DNA from: a virus
Lineage: Duplodnaviria > Caudoviricetes
Virus record (IMG/VR): IMGVR_UViG_3300028586_000647
Span: 1-45,313 of that record
DNA length: 45,313 nucleotides
Reading direction: 5' to 3' (one strand)
This document shows, piece after piece, positions 1 to 9,504 of the stretch (position 1 is its first letter; each line of letters opens with the position of its first letter). The position numbers and the translations under genes were made by a program. The notes beneath the pieces were generated by a model. The model searched no databases, was not told the origin of the DNA, and saw only the letters and a list, made by a program, of their open reading frames with translations.

Positions 1-57
1 CTACCAAAAACTTCCTGTAGCGGCGTCTACCTAAATTTTTCAGACTTTCCAGAAAGT

Positions 58-90
58 AAAAACCCCGCCTCCAAGCTGGAAACGGGGTTT
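58..90 (-). terminator. Intrinsic terminator just outside the left att; probably the original tRNA terminator displaced by integration
   Basis: AAACCCCG...CGGGGTTT stem, T-run on the minus strand, immediately beyond the duplicated tRNA 3' end. Confidence 0.65.
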
Positions 91-93
91 CAG

Positions 94-107
94 GTGGGCC
101 CACTTGG
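94..107. repeat. att core, left copy (duplicated tRNA 3' end)
   Basis: GTGGGCCCACTTGG identical to 45187-45200. Confidence 0.9.
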
Positions 108-217
108 GGACGATGTTCTGCCGGACGATGCCGGTATATGCTGCTAATTATCTCACAGTGAAACCTTAGCCAGCTAGGCGGCAAGTTGGGCAGCACATTC
201 CAGCACCGATTTTCTTA

Positions 218-254
218 AAAACCGGGGGCAAGCTTTGGCTTTGCCCCCGGTTTT
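218..254. terminator. Bidirectional hairpin terminator
   Basis: AAAACCGGGGGCAA / TTGCCCCCGGTTTT perfect 14-bp stem. Confidence 0.7.
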
Positions 255-356
255 GTTTATGCCCCAAACGTGATGGCGCTGCCGCTATGGCTGCCAGCGG
301 TAGCCGTGTGCCGGGCGGTGGTCGGGCAACTTTAAAGAAGTAAAAACACGACATGT

Positions 357-524
357 TTATTCTTCCTTATCGGTTAGGTTTTTGGCGAACTCTACTAGTT
401 CACCTACCACCCAGGCCATCTCCAGTCCGGATAGGTCGTGGTTCGCATGCAGTGCGCAAACCGTGGCGATGACGAAGCCCGCGGGGCGGGCAACGGATAA
501 CAGTTGTTTCATAAATTTTTTCAT
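357..524 (-). CDS. Small hypothetical protein, possibly membrane-associated (55 aa)
   Basis: ATG at 524 in AT-rich context; hydrophobic segment GFVIATVCAL; charged C-terminus; downstream terminator. Confidence 0.4.
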   Translation of the reverse strand: MKKFMKQLLSVARPAGFVIATVCALHANHDLSGLEMAWVVGELVEFAKNLTDKEE

Positions 525-632
525 GAAAATGTGAGTGAGCACGAAAAGTATTCGCAATGGAATACTCGCTTTTGTGCGCGCGCTCAGAGTTTATAGTCAG
601 GAAAAAAATAAAGTTTTAAGCCTTCGGAAAAT

Positions 633-670
633 AAAAAAGCCCTGTCAGCATATTGCCAGCGGGGCTTTTT
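633..670 (-). terminator. Probable terminator downstream of the integrase
   Basis: AAAAAGCCC...GGGCTTTTT imperfect hairpin. Confidence 0.5.
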
Positions 671-809
671 GGTTGCGAAGCATCTCGCTCGATACTTCAG
701 CATCACTGTCTCGCGCACGCCTACGCCGCAATCTTTACTTCCTGCATGGCTTTGCACGTGTTAGTCGCATACTGATTAATTCTCACGTAGCTGCTCAACT
801 GGATAAAGA

Positions 810-2111
810 CTACCCCTCTCCTGCCACCGACGACCCTAATACGCTTTCCCAGGCCTCTAGTAGCCGGGGACCGTAGCGCGCCAGCGTATCGTAGCCGTAG
901 ACGCTGGCCGACACGTGGCCCAGGGCAATCTCCTTCAGCGTCTGGTCGCCTTCGCTGCCCAGCACCAGCAGCGCCGCGCCGGTGTGACGGGCCGTGTGGG
1001 TGGTGATAACCTGCCAGAGCGGCTGCACCTGCTCGGTGCGCGTCTTGCCGGAAAAACCAACTTCGACGAACTCCCGGTTCAGCCCCACGGCCTGGCCCAG
1101 CAGCTTCAGCCGGCGGTTGCGCTCCTGCTGGGTGGGCAGGTGCAGCTGCCCTTCGCAGCGCTGCCAAATAGCGGCGGCCGTGGGCGGCAACGGAATCAAC
1201 ACCGGCTCACCCGTTTTCTGCTGGTAGAGTTCGACGCACAGCGTAGGGCCGTAGGTGGGCAAGTCGTGGGCGCTGACGTGGTGCGGCTTGAGAGCCCGCA
1301 GGTCCACGTCGCGCAGCAACAGTAGCAGCTGCAACAGGAAGGCGTCGCGCTCCTGCGCCAAGTCGGCCGGCAGCTCCGCCGTAAGCAACGCCCGTACCTC
1401 GGCCTGGCGCAACGTGGGCGAGCGGCCGTAGCGGGCCGTGAACTTGCCCAGCCAGCGCGGCTGCGGCATCTCGGCTAGGCGGTAGCACTCGCGCAGAAAC
1501 TTGTAGTGTCGCTGCACCGTCGAATCGCGCTTACCCTGTGCGAATAGCCACGCCACGTACTGGGCCAGCCGTTCTTTCGTGAGACTGGCCAGCCGTAGGG
1601 CGGAGTCGAACTGGCTTAGCCCGGTTACGACCTGCTTGGCAGCCCGCAGATAGCTCTCGCTCAGGGTCTGCTCATTCTCGGCCCGCCAGCGCGTCTCGAA
1701 CTCGGCCCAGGTAGCGGTAGGCGGCACTGGGCCACTAGCAGGAGACGTAGGGTCGGGGGCCGGCGGGTCGGGGGCCTTAGCGCGGCGTTGGCTACCCGCA
1801 CCCACAGCTGCTACGGCAGCGAGTAGTTCTTCCTGCGTCACATCAGCTTCGGGCCGGCCTGCGCCCTCGGCGGTGGTGAAGACCGCCTGCACCGCTGTGA
1901 GCAGCCGGGTGAGGCGCAGGTTGAGCTGGTTGGAATTCTCGGCGCTGGTATGGATGCGCCGAGCCTTGGCAGGCTGCCAGTGAGCAGGCAGCACCTTCAC
2001 GCCAGTAGGCATTTTCCAGCGATGCCCACCGGCCCAGTGCAGGTCACCGAACACCACTGCGCGGCCCTGTTTATCGGGGCGGTCGAGCCGCTGGCGGAAG
2101 ATGAGTTCCAT
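810..2111 (-). CDS. int: Tyrosine recombinase / integrase, Bacteroidota type
   Basis: Catalytic pattern R(DVDL)...K(TG)...HTARH...LGH...Y; N-terminal arm-binding-like region (KMPTGVKV..HW); adjacent to att. Confidence 0.93.
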   Translation of the reverse strand: MELIFRQRLDRPDKQGRAVVFGDLHWAGGHRWKMPTGVKVLPAHWQPAKARRIHTSAENSNQLNLRLTRLLTAVQAVFTTAEGAGRPEADVTQEELLAAVAAVGAGSQRRAKAPDPPAPDPTSPASGPVPPTATWAEFETRWRAENEQTLSESYLRAAKQVVTGLSQFDSALRLASLTKERLAQYVAWLFAQGKRDSTVQRHYKFLRECYRLAEMPQPRWLGKFTARYGRSPTLRQAEVRALLTAELPADLAQERDAFLLQLLLLLRDVDLRALKPHHVSAHDLPTYGPTLCVELYQQKTGEPVLIPLPPTAAAIWQRCEGQLHLPTQQERNRRLKLLGQAVGLNREFVEVGFSGKTRTEQVQPLWQVITTHTARHTGAALLVLGSEGDQTLKEIALGHVSASVYGYDTLARYGPRLLEAWESVLGSSVAGEG

Positions 2112-2201
2112 TAATTACCAGATATCGTTGGTAAGCATAATCTATCTATGACTATAGCGCTCCTTACATTACATATTTGTTTTTAATCATAAATAAATGA
2201 C

Positions 2202-2999
2202 TCAAACATCATTCTTCTTTCGATTAATATTTATTAGATTAAATAAATTTTTATCATTGGTCGATAGCAACATTTTGAATTCCCAAATTTCGTGAATATC
2301 AATCCTGTTTAGCTTAATATTAGACCAGCTACTATTATCAAAAATGCAACTTATCGTTTTCCCATCTAAGTAATATAGTACTCTACACATCAAGAAAGAG
2401 TGACTAGTAGAGAATATTACATAGATTCTTTGCGAACTCAATTCAGTCCAATCATTATTCTCGATTTTCTTTGCTACAACAAAGTCATTTAGTTTAAGTG
2501 TTGGCTCCATCATATTATTCATTACAGGGAAAGCCACAAATTCACCTTTACCTATGAGCGAATCAGAAATTGCTAAGCTTTCGATTGCTTCTTTTTCATA
2601 ATACATAACTTGACTAGGCTCACTTTGAGTCTCATGTCGCATAAAATAATATTTTAATTTTTGTGCTGTCAATAGAGGGACTATTTCATTCCCTTTAGGC
2701 GAAAGCACAGGGAAGCGTCCTATCTGACCACTATACTCTCGGTTACTATCTATCGAGCCGCGGAGCATTGGCTCACGACCAAGAATAAGCCAATCAGCAC
2801 TCACTGTAGGATAAGCTAGTAGGATTTTAAGTATTGCATCATAGCTGGGCTTGTTCATGCGACCACCTACCATGTCACCTATTACCCCTGACTTCATATC
2901 AACACGGCGACCAAAGGCCGACTTATTGCCGGCCTCAAAATATTCAATCAGAAAATTTACCCTCTGATTAACAGTATGTTGAGTTATATTATTCAGCAT
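2202..2999 (-). CDS. CI-like repressor: HTH plus S24-like C-terminal domain with apparently degenerate catalytic residues
   Basis: N-terminal HTH ending VSADWLILGREPM; C-terminal FPVMNNMMEPTL...IYVI...DN...EIWEF; divergent from the early operon. Confidence 0.85.
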   Translation of the reverse strand: MLNNITQHTVNQRVNFLIEYFEAGNKSAFGRRVDMKSGVIGDMVGGRMNKPSYDAILKILLAYPTVSADWLILGREPMLRGSIDSNREYSGQIGRFPVLSPKGNEIVPLLTAQKLKYYFMRHETQSEPSQVMYYEKEAIESLAISDSLIGKGEFVAFPVMNNMMEPTLKLNDFVVAKKIENNDWTELSSQRIYVIFSTSHSFLMCRVLYYLDGKTISCIFDNSSWSNIKLNRIDIHEIWEFKMLLSTNDKNLFNLININRKKNDV

Positions 3000-3055
3000 T
3001 TACTGACTATTATTCAGTATTTACTTTAAAATCTCTAGTAAATACTGCAACTTTG
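2987..3055. promoter_or_regulatory. Switch region with putative operators
   Basis: TATTATTCAG(C/T)ATTTACT at 2987-3004 and 3008-3025 (17/18 identical); inverted half AGTAAATACTG at 3037-3047; -7-like CAACTTTG at 3048-3055. Confidence 0.7.
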
Positions 3056-3099
3056 CTAACACTAACACTAGCAGCCGCAAGGTACGGCAGTCTTTTTTC

Positions 3100-3351
3100 A
3101 TGGTACAGTCAAAAAAACCGGCGGTAAGCATCCGTGACCTGATGCCTATTAACTACACAGTGGAGTTAGCACGGCGCACAGGTTGTAAAAACATCTCCAA
3201 TCTTTCGCAAATCGTGCGGTTGGAGCACACCGCCAGTAAGTACTGGCCAGCTGTCGAGCAGCTAGCTCGCGAAACCAACCCCACAGGCTACGCCACTTGG
3301 GCTGCCACCCACCCTGACAAGCAGCCAGCCGCACTGGCCCAGGCTGCTTAA
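3100..3351 (+). CDS. Cro-like small DNA-binding protein
   Basis: First gene divergent from the repressor; HTH-like YTVELARRTGCKNISNLSQIV. Confidence 0.6.
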   Translation: MVQSKKPAVSIRDLMPINYTVELARRTGCKNISNLSQIVRLEHTASKYWPAVEQLARETNPTGYATWAATHPDKQPAALAQAA

Positions 3352-3403
3352 TCCCTACCCTAGCAACACCTCTTCTTTCACCCTTTAGCTCACCATTTGC
3401 ACG

Positions 3404-3877
3404 ATGGACAAGCCCCTTATCCCCGCTTTGCACAGTGCCTTGCCAGGCCAGCGCAATACCCTCCACGATGTTTCGAGCGGCTTCCAGCCGCAACATCCCG
3501 TCCTGCTCACGCTCGCCCCGATTGCTGGCCATGCAGCTAATCTAACGCTCAATGTTTTAGGCCAATGCTTGAGCCGCGAAACGCCTGACTCGCCGGCCTA
3601 CGCGCTAGTAGCCTACGTGGCCCCTAGCGCCACCGAGCGTGTGGCCTATACTAATCGGTCAGCGGCCCGCTTCGAGGTAGGTCAGCATACTGAGCGCTGG
3701 TTTGCTGGCGTGCAGCTGTATTTCACAGAGATTGATATCACCGACTACGCCGACAGCTTGCGCTTGGAATACTTGGCCCCTGTGGTCCCTGAACCTGCAC
3801 TTACTACCGAGGCACCTGTACGCACGCTTCATCCCACCGCACAGCCAACCAGCGAAGGTTTGCGCAAAGCTGCTTAG
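3404..3877 (+). CDS. Hypothetical early protein
   Basis: 157-aa ORF in a tightly packed early operon. Confidence 0.6.
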   Translation: MDKPLIPALHSALPGQRNTLHDVSSGFQPQHPVLLTLAPIAGHAANLTLNVLGQCLSRETPDSPAYALVAYVAPSATERVAYTNRSAARFEVGQHTERWFAGVQLYFTEIDITDYADSLRLEYLAPVVPEPALTTEAPVRTLHPTAQPTSEGLRKAA

Positions 3878-3879
3878 TC

Positions 3880-4155
3880 ATGATGCAGCTAACCGTCACC
3901 CACAACGCGGCCTACGCTGAACAAGCTATCGCTAGCCTATCTGGCAAAGTCAATTTACTGGAACTTCAGCAGGTACGCCGCGACCACTTGCCTTGCGTCG
4001 TGGTCCGGTTAACGCCTCTAGCCGAGTTAGAGCGCCGAGCCGCTGAGTTATGCCGCGAGCAGCCTCACTATGCGGAGGAGGCGGCTTTCGTAGTCTACGA
4101 TGAGAAGCTCCGGCGCCAGCGACTGGCTACTTCCCCTTTAAAAATAGCACTTTAA
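3880..4155 (+). CDS. Hypothetical early protein
   Basis: 91-aa ORF starting 2 bp after the previous stop. Confidence 0.55.
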   Translation: MMQLTVTHNAAYAEQAIASLSGKVNLLELQQVRRDHLPCVVVRLTPLAELERRAAELCREQPHYAEEAAFVVYDEKLRRQRLATSPLKIAL

Positions 4156-4250
4156 AGAAAAAGTCCCCGGCCGTTGCACCGACCGAGGACTCATTGCCAA
4201 AGGCTTGCTTTGACCTTTTCATTCACCCCCAAATATACTCTACATTTTTT

Positions 4251-4586
4251 ATGATTCGCCTCAACACAGTTAATGGTTTGATTGAGTTTGATGACCGCGA
4301 GGCGGTGCTTGACTTGCTCAAAAACCAGCAGGCTGTTGAGGCGCAAGCTAAAGCGGATGCCGTTATGCAATCTGTAGTGTACCGAGTTGATGGTGAGCCT
4401 AAGCCGGACCTTCCATTCAAGGGCTTACTTACAGAACGGCTTCAACTCTCGGAGCGCTCAGTACGCGAACTCATTACTACTGGCCGATTAGGATATTTCT
4501 GCGCTGCAAAGAAAGCCTATCGGAGCAGCGAACGCGACGTTCGCCGCTTCGAATCTGGCCTCCCACCTCTGCGAGCAAATCAGTAA
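4251..4586 (+). CDS. Excisionase-like HTH protein
   Basis: C-terminal LTERLQLSERSVRELITTGRLGY...YRSSERDVRRF; ATG at 4251 after a T-rich leader. Confidence 0.7.
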   Translation: MIRLNTVNGLIEFDDREAVLDLLKNQQAVEAQAKADAVMQSVVYRVDGEPKPDLPFKGLLTERLQLSERSVRELITTGRLGYFCAAKKAYRSSERDVRRFESGLPPLRANQ

Positions 4587-4687
4587 CTCACTCATTTAAA
4601 ACCCTCTTCGAAAGGATTTTACATAAAATGCCAGTTACGCTGGCCTTGCCACTGCATTGCCCATTTTTCACCCCAAATTTCTCTTGT

Positions 4688-5710
4688 ATGTCTACCACAA
4701 TCGCCTTCACACCCGACCCCATCATTTCTTGGCTCCGTCACGACCCGGAGATGCAAACGCGAGATGCTTTCACCGACACGAGGGCAGTTACGCTTAATAT
4801 AGACTTCGAAGTAATGGGCTCTTGCTTCCCCGGCGGAGTTCAGCTGCTTACCAAGCGCATACACTCACCCGCTGACCTCATAGTGGGGGCGGTGTATATC
4901 CTAGACCAGCAGAATGTGCCAGGCTATGAAGGGCATCATTGGTACAATCAATGCGTAATGGGCCGGCTAGAAAAGGCACATTGCATCAAGCTAGGACAGT
5001 TTCCTTCTGTAGATGTACTCTTCTCCTTTGATAATCCTGAGGCAGGAGCAAAAGCACATGGCGCACGCATTTGCGATGGCCTGCACCATGAAGATATACA
5101 CTTTAAGGAGCCAAGAATCAGTAAGTCACAGCTAGGTTTTGCTGGCGAAGATTGGGCTAAGCGGAAGCAGAAACACCGCTGCCAGCTCTGGCAGGTTACT
5201 CACTACATTGCCTCACCTGCCTCGGACGACATCGCCGACACGCAATACGCAGCAGGAACGGGCCTAAATGTAGGGCAACGCCAGTGGCTGGATGAGGAGG
5301 CGCAGATACAATTCGGTAAGGATGTAATGGTGACCGCTCGTTCCAAGGGGCTTGATTACGCACCTACTCTGGAACAGCAACTTGATGGGGAGCGGGCAGG
5401 CTTAATTGACAGCCTGCTGAGTGAGATATCTGTTATTCCAGCGGGCCGTGCTCACCGCAGCAAAGATGCTATCGTGGCACTGACGCGCCGCAACTGCGAA
5501 CGGACCATCACCGAATTTTACTCACAGGAAGCAGTGCATACCGTTCTCGACCTACTAGATGGTATGCATCGTGAGCAAGCAGCGATGACCGCGCTTCGCA
5601 GCCGAGTAGCCGAAAAACAACCAAAGCAGCAGACGATAATTCAAGCACCCAGCCAAGCGGTTGATAATAAGGTGCCTGAAGTGCGCAAGGAATCAGCTTT
5701 AATTGCCTAA
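4688..5710 (+). CDS. Hypothetical protein with an N-terminal degenerate S24/LexA-CTD-like fold and no HTH
   Basis: Motif order VTLNIDFEVMGSCFPGG..LLTKRI...GAVYIL...VMGRL...FSFDNP...QLWQV parallels S24 domains; start could be 4628. Confidence 0.55.
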   Translation: MSTTIAFTPDPIISWLRHDPEMQTRDAFTDTRAVTLNIDFEVMGSCFPGGVQLLTKRIHSPADLIVGAVYILDQQNVPGYEGHHWYNQCVMGRLEKAHCIKLGQFPSVDVLFSFDNPEAGAKAHGARICDGLHHEDIHFKEPRISKSQLGFAGEDWAKRKQKHRCQLWQVTHYIASPASDDIADTQYAAGTGLNVGQRQWLDEEAQIQFGKDVMVTARSKGLDYAPTLEQQLDGERAGLIDSLLSEISVIPAGRAHRSKDAIVALTRRNCERTITEFYSQEAVHTVLDLLDGMHREQAAMTALRSRVAEKQPKQQTIIQAPSQAVDNKVPEVRKESALIA

Positions 5711-5872
5711 GGCCGCATAACTAGTGCCCACTGGCCTGTGCCGGTGGGCTACCGGCCTTCCCTGTTGGCAAGTAGGTTAAACGCCTCAAAGCCTACACAT
5801 CTTACCAGTCTGTATACTGGGCCCTGTTGTCGCACAAAGAGGGATTTCATCACCTACTCGTCGAAAAACTAC

Positions 5873-6574
5873 ATGAGTACTTTGGTTTATCGCTCTGCGA
5901 AAGGCAACCCCGTTACTGATTCACGCCGAGTCGCGCAGGCCTTCGGTCGGTCGCACAAGTCTCTACTGAAGGCACTGGCCAACATGAGTTGCGATGCGGA
6001 ATTTAATCGGCTCCACTTTGCGCCGATTAGTTACGTTGACGGTCGCCGCCGCATGCAGCGGGCAGTCATGATGACACGGGCAGGGTTCACCTTCCTCGTA
6101 CTGGGTTTTGTGGGCAAGAAAGCGGCAGAATTTAAACAAGGCTACATCGCACAATTCGATAGGATGGAAGCCCAGCTGCGCCAGCCGCAGCCAGCCGCTA
6201 CACCCCTACAGGACTTTATGAAGCACCAGGCACAGGTGCAACGCGTGAAGGCTACAGCCTCTCAACTGTTGCGGCTGAGTAACAACCCGGGCGACATTAT
6301 CCGGTACCACCGGGCGGTGATGAAGTGCTTAACCGCCCGCACGCCAGCTCAGTACGTGCGCGACGCGGTGGCGCGGGGGCTGCGGGTAAGCTCATGGTCG
6401 GGCAGGCAAGTACTACGCCGGCTGGAGCCTGCAAAGGCGGCAACGGCGGCGTTTTTGGACCAGCAGGTAGCACACGGCCACACGCTGGAACAGCTAGTTG
6501 CGGCTGGGATTCCGCAGACCTTACCAGCTGCTTTCGAGGCCATGCTGAAGGCAGGTATCATACCCGCAGAATAG
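5873..6574 (+). CDS. Rha-family phage regulatory protein
   Basis: TDSRRVAQAFGRSHK...MTRAGFTFLVLGFVGKKAAEFKQGYIAQFDRME is a typical Rha signature. Confidence 0.9.
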   Translation: MSTLVYRSAKGNPVTDSRRVAQAFGRSHKSLLKALANMSCDAEFNRLHFAPISYVDGRRRMQRAVMMTRAGFTFLVLGFVGKKAAEFKQGYIAQFDRMEAQLRQPQPAATPLQDFMKHQAQVQRVKATASQLLRLSNNPGDIIRYHRAVMKCLTARTPAQYVRDAVARGLRVSSWSGRQVLRRLEPAKAATAAFLDQQVAHGHTLEQLVAAGIPQTLPAAFEAMLKAGIIPAE

Positions 6575-6676
6575 TGCATATCAGCATTTTGCTACCTCAA
6601 ATCTTGGCAACACAAAGGTTCTCCTTTACCAAAATTTAGGCAACTCGCCAGTTCAACCGACTCGCTGCCTGTTTCT

Positions 6677-7672
6677 ATGATTTTTTTCAACCTCTTCAAC
6701 CAAGTTTTTGAGCTGAATGTCCGACAGGTGGTTAAGCCAGCGGCATTTAAACTCTATATATACTGGCTGTATAAGTTCAATAAGGCTCACTGGCCAGCCC
6801 TGCTGTACCAACGGGCCAACCAGGTCTATACTGAGCTTGGCATGGACAAGAACACCTTCGTTACGGCCGTTGCCCAACTCGAAGCGCGTGGGCTGCTCGC
6901 CTACGAAGCTGGTAAGAATGGCAAGGCCGGCGAGTGGCTGTTGAACTATAAGTCAGCTACTGAAAGCTGGGCCGCCGAGGTGAAAAATTCACCTCAAAGC
7001 AAGGTGAAAAATTCACCGCGTGAGGATGATTCTGAGGTGAATTTTTCACCCTCGTTTTATCCCAATGAGGCCGAAACGTTTGATTCCAAGGTGAAAAATT
7101 CACTACCTATAAGGAATAGACAAAACGTAACAGAAGACAAAACAAAAAAAATGGTGGGTGAGGCTGCGGAGGAAATAACTCTCGCCCCTCTACCCGCCAA
7201 AAAATTTCAGTTAGTGCCCCCTTTTGCGGAGCCCCCCCATGCTGGCCAGACCGGCCCCGTGGCGGCTGCCGAGCTATCGGTGGCGCCAGCAGATGAGGCC
7301 AAGACCCTGGCTAATGAGTTGGCCGCACTCTGGGACTTCTCCGAACTTTCAAACCAGCCTAAATGGGGCCGCCTTCACTCTTTCACCCGCCGCATGGCTG
7401 TGCTAGGGCGTTTGTCCGAAGTGCGCCGACAACTTGCTGGCTATCGAGTAGGCCATCTACGCCCAGGTGTTCGTCCCCACCGCCTTGACAGGTTCCTTGG
7501 CGAGCCAGTTGACGACTATGCCCAAGGCGAATGGTGCAGTTGTAACTGGTCGTCGGTGGCCGCTAAAGCACAGGCGCGCCCGGCCGGCTTCGGTCAACCC
7601 TCAGCCCCGCCGCCTCACGCCGATATCAATCTTAATCAAGCTGCTACTGCGCAACGTGAAGTCATTTACTGA
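6677..7672 (+). CDS. Replication initiator with N-terminal winged HTH (lambda O/DnaD-like organisation)
   Basis: N-terminal wHTH (ELGMDKNTFVTAVAQLEARGLL); internal iterons; directly upstream of DnaB. Confidence 0.75.
   Translation: MIFFNLFNQVFELNVRQVVKPAAFKLYIYWLYKFNKAHWPALLYQRANQVYTELGMDKNTFVTAVAQLEARGLLAYEAGKNGKAGEWLLNYKSATESWAAEVKNSPQSKVKNSPREDDSEVNFSPSFYPNEAETFDSKVKNSLPIRNRQNVTEDKTKKMVGEAAEEITLAPLPAKKFQLVPPFAEPPHAGQTGPVAAAELSVAPADEAKTLANELAALWDFSELSNQPKWGRLHSFTRRMAVLGRLSEVRRQLAGYRVGHLRPGVRPHRLDRFLGEPVDDYAQGEWCSCNWSSVAAKAQARPAGFGQPSAPPPHADINLNQAATAQREVIY
6977..7103. repeat. Four iterons, putative replication origin
   Basis: GGTGAAAAATTCAC(C) at ~6979, ~7003 and ~7090, and inverted at ~7036, inside the initiator gene. 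Confidence 0.8.
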
Positions 7673-7674
7673 CC

Positions 7675-9258
7675 ATGCAACCCATTTTTCAAACTCAACC
7701 GCACAAGTTCGTTGCGCCGGCCCCGCGCCCGGTTCGCACTGAAACACTGCCGCCGCCCAACGATGCCAACATGGAAGCAGGTGTACTCGGCGCCATGATG
7801 GTTGAAGCCAGCGCCGTACCTACCGCGCTGGCGCTACTTCGCTCTAATGTTGACGTGTTCTACTACCCGGCCCACCAGTGTATTTTTCGCGCTATTCTGG
7901 CCCTATCCAACTCAGGCCGTGCTATCGACCAGCTTACCGTTGTGCAGCAACTGCGCGCCACTGGCGACCTCAGCCGGGCGGGTGAAGTCGGTGGGGTCAC
8001 TGCGCTCACGATGTTCATCAACAGCGCTGCTCATATCACAACGCATTGCAATGAGTTGCTAGGCCTCTACACCAAGCGCACAATTTGGCAAATGGCTCAG
8101 CAGCTAATGGGGCAAGCATTTAGCCCTATAGTACCTGCTGGCGAGCTTCTGGGTAATGCTTTTGTGACACTTAATAATCTGAGCATGTCCATGCAGGTGC
8201 GCCGGCCGCAACTGGTAGGAGAACTCTATGACCGCGTGGTTGACAAGATTATCGCCGCCTCACAGGTAGAGGGCGGCATTACCGGCGTACCCTCTGGTTT
8301 GTGGGCTCTCGACCGCATCACCGGCGGCTGGCAGCCCGGTAATCTTATCATCGAAGCAGCTCGCCCGAGCATGGGCAAAACCAGCCTCATGCTAGCCACT
8401 GGGCGCAAGGCTGTAGCCGCTGGGTTCCCCGGCATGATTTCAAGCCTAGAAATGAGTAGCGAGGAGCTGGTTACTAAGCTACTGGCCACTGAGCTTCATT
8501 ATACTACCAATCAATTAACACGTGGGTTAGGCCTCACGAAGGAAGAGGCCGAGAGTATCCGGGCGCGTGGGGCAGCGCTGCGCACTATGGGCCTAGTGCT
8601 CGACGACACGCCCAGCATCAACGTGGAGGAGTTGAGGGCAAAGGCCACGAAAGCAAAGCAAGAACACGGTATTACGTGGCTTGCAGTAGATTATCTCCAA
8701 CTGGCCACGGCGCGGACCAGCAAGGGCGGTAATCGCGAACAGGAAATAAGTGCTATCAGCCGGGGGCTCAAGCTAATTGCAAAGGAGCTTCATATTCCCG
8801 TCATTGCCCTATCACAATTGAGCCGTGACACTGAAAAGCGTGGGGGCGACAATAAGCCCAAGCTAAGCGACCTGCGCGAGTCAGGGGCTATCGAGCAGGA
8901 TGCCGACCTCGTCATTTTCCCCTACCGCCCCGAGTACTACAAAATCATGGAAGATGAGATGGGTAACTCCACGCAAGACCTCACTGAGCTTATCGTGGCT
9001 AAGCACCGCAATGGGGGCCTGGGTTCAGCCCTAGTGAAATCTGTGATGAAGTATGGCTCTTACTCTGACTTGCCCGAGAATATACCTCAAGAGGTACCCG
9101 CTGTCGGTGCTGTATCAGATTTTCAGCCAGCCACTCTGCGCACATCAAGTACTACCGACTTTGACATAGTAGACCAGAATCACAGCGATTTGCCTCTGCA
9201 CTGGCACCCAGGCGGCCGCCCCATTACTTTGTCGCACGCCCCCGATGGAAACGCCTGA
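7675..9258 (+). CDS. dnaB: Replicative DNA helicase, element-encoded
   Basis: ARPSMGKT Walker A, SLEMS, VDYLQL, LSQLSR, DLRESGAIEQDAD, KHRNG. Confidence 0.96.
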   Translation: MQPIFQTQPHKFVAPAPRPVRTETLPPPNDANMEAGVLGAMMVEASAVPTALALLRSNVDVFYYPAHQCIFRAILALSNSGRAIDQLTVVQQLRATGDLSRAGEVGGVTALTMFINSAAHITTHCNELLGLYTKRTIWQMAQQLMGQAFSPIVPAGELLGNAFVTLNNLSMSMQVRRPQLVGELYDRVVDKIIAASQVEGGITGVPSGLWALDRITGGWQPGNLIIEAARPSMGKTSLMLATGRKAVAAGFPGMISSLEMSSEELVTKLLATELHYTTNQLTRGLGLTKEEAESIRARGAALRTMGLVLDDTPSINVEELRAKATKAKQEHGITWLAVDYLQLATARTSKGGNREQEISAISRGLKLIAKELHIPVIALSQLSRDTEKRGGDNKPKLSDLRESGAIEQDADLVIFPYRPEYYKIMEDEMGNSTQDLTELIVAKHRNGGLGSALVKSVMKYGSYSDLPENIPQEVPAVGAVSDFQPATLRTSSTTDFDIVDQNHSDLPLHWHPGGRPITLSHAPDGNA

Positions 9259-9504
9259 GCCTTATCGCTGCGATGGCTGAGCACGCGGCCCGCACACTGC
9301 TGCTTGGAATAGTGCTGGTACGAGGGTGATAGTGGCCCAGCCTGGAAGCCACCCAGCGCGAGGGCCGGGTAATGCTCAACCTCTCCTGCTGCATAATGGA
9401 GGCCCTGAGCCAGCCGATTGAGCGCACCGTGCCCTACGAGCCAACTGCTTTCCAACCCACCAACCCTACCAATTTTTCTCAGCCACCAACCACCTCTACC
9501 AGCC

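Noticed and set aside
106-130. GGACGATG repeats and a GGGGACGA match near both att sites (also ~45125) as integrase arm sites
   Set aside because: 8-bp matches can arise by chance; no consistent array
9245-9500. Possible degenerate Cys-rich gene after dnaB (METPEPYRCDG*...)
   Set aside because: Needs several stops or frameshifts to reconstruct; cannot be supported without homologues
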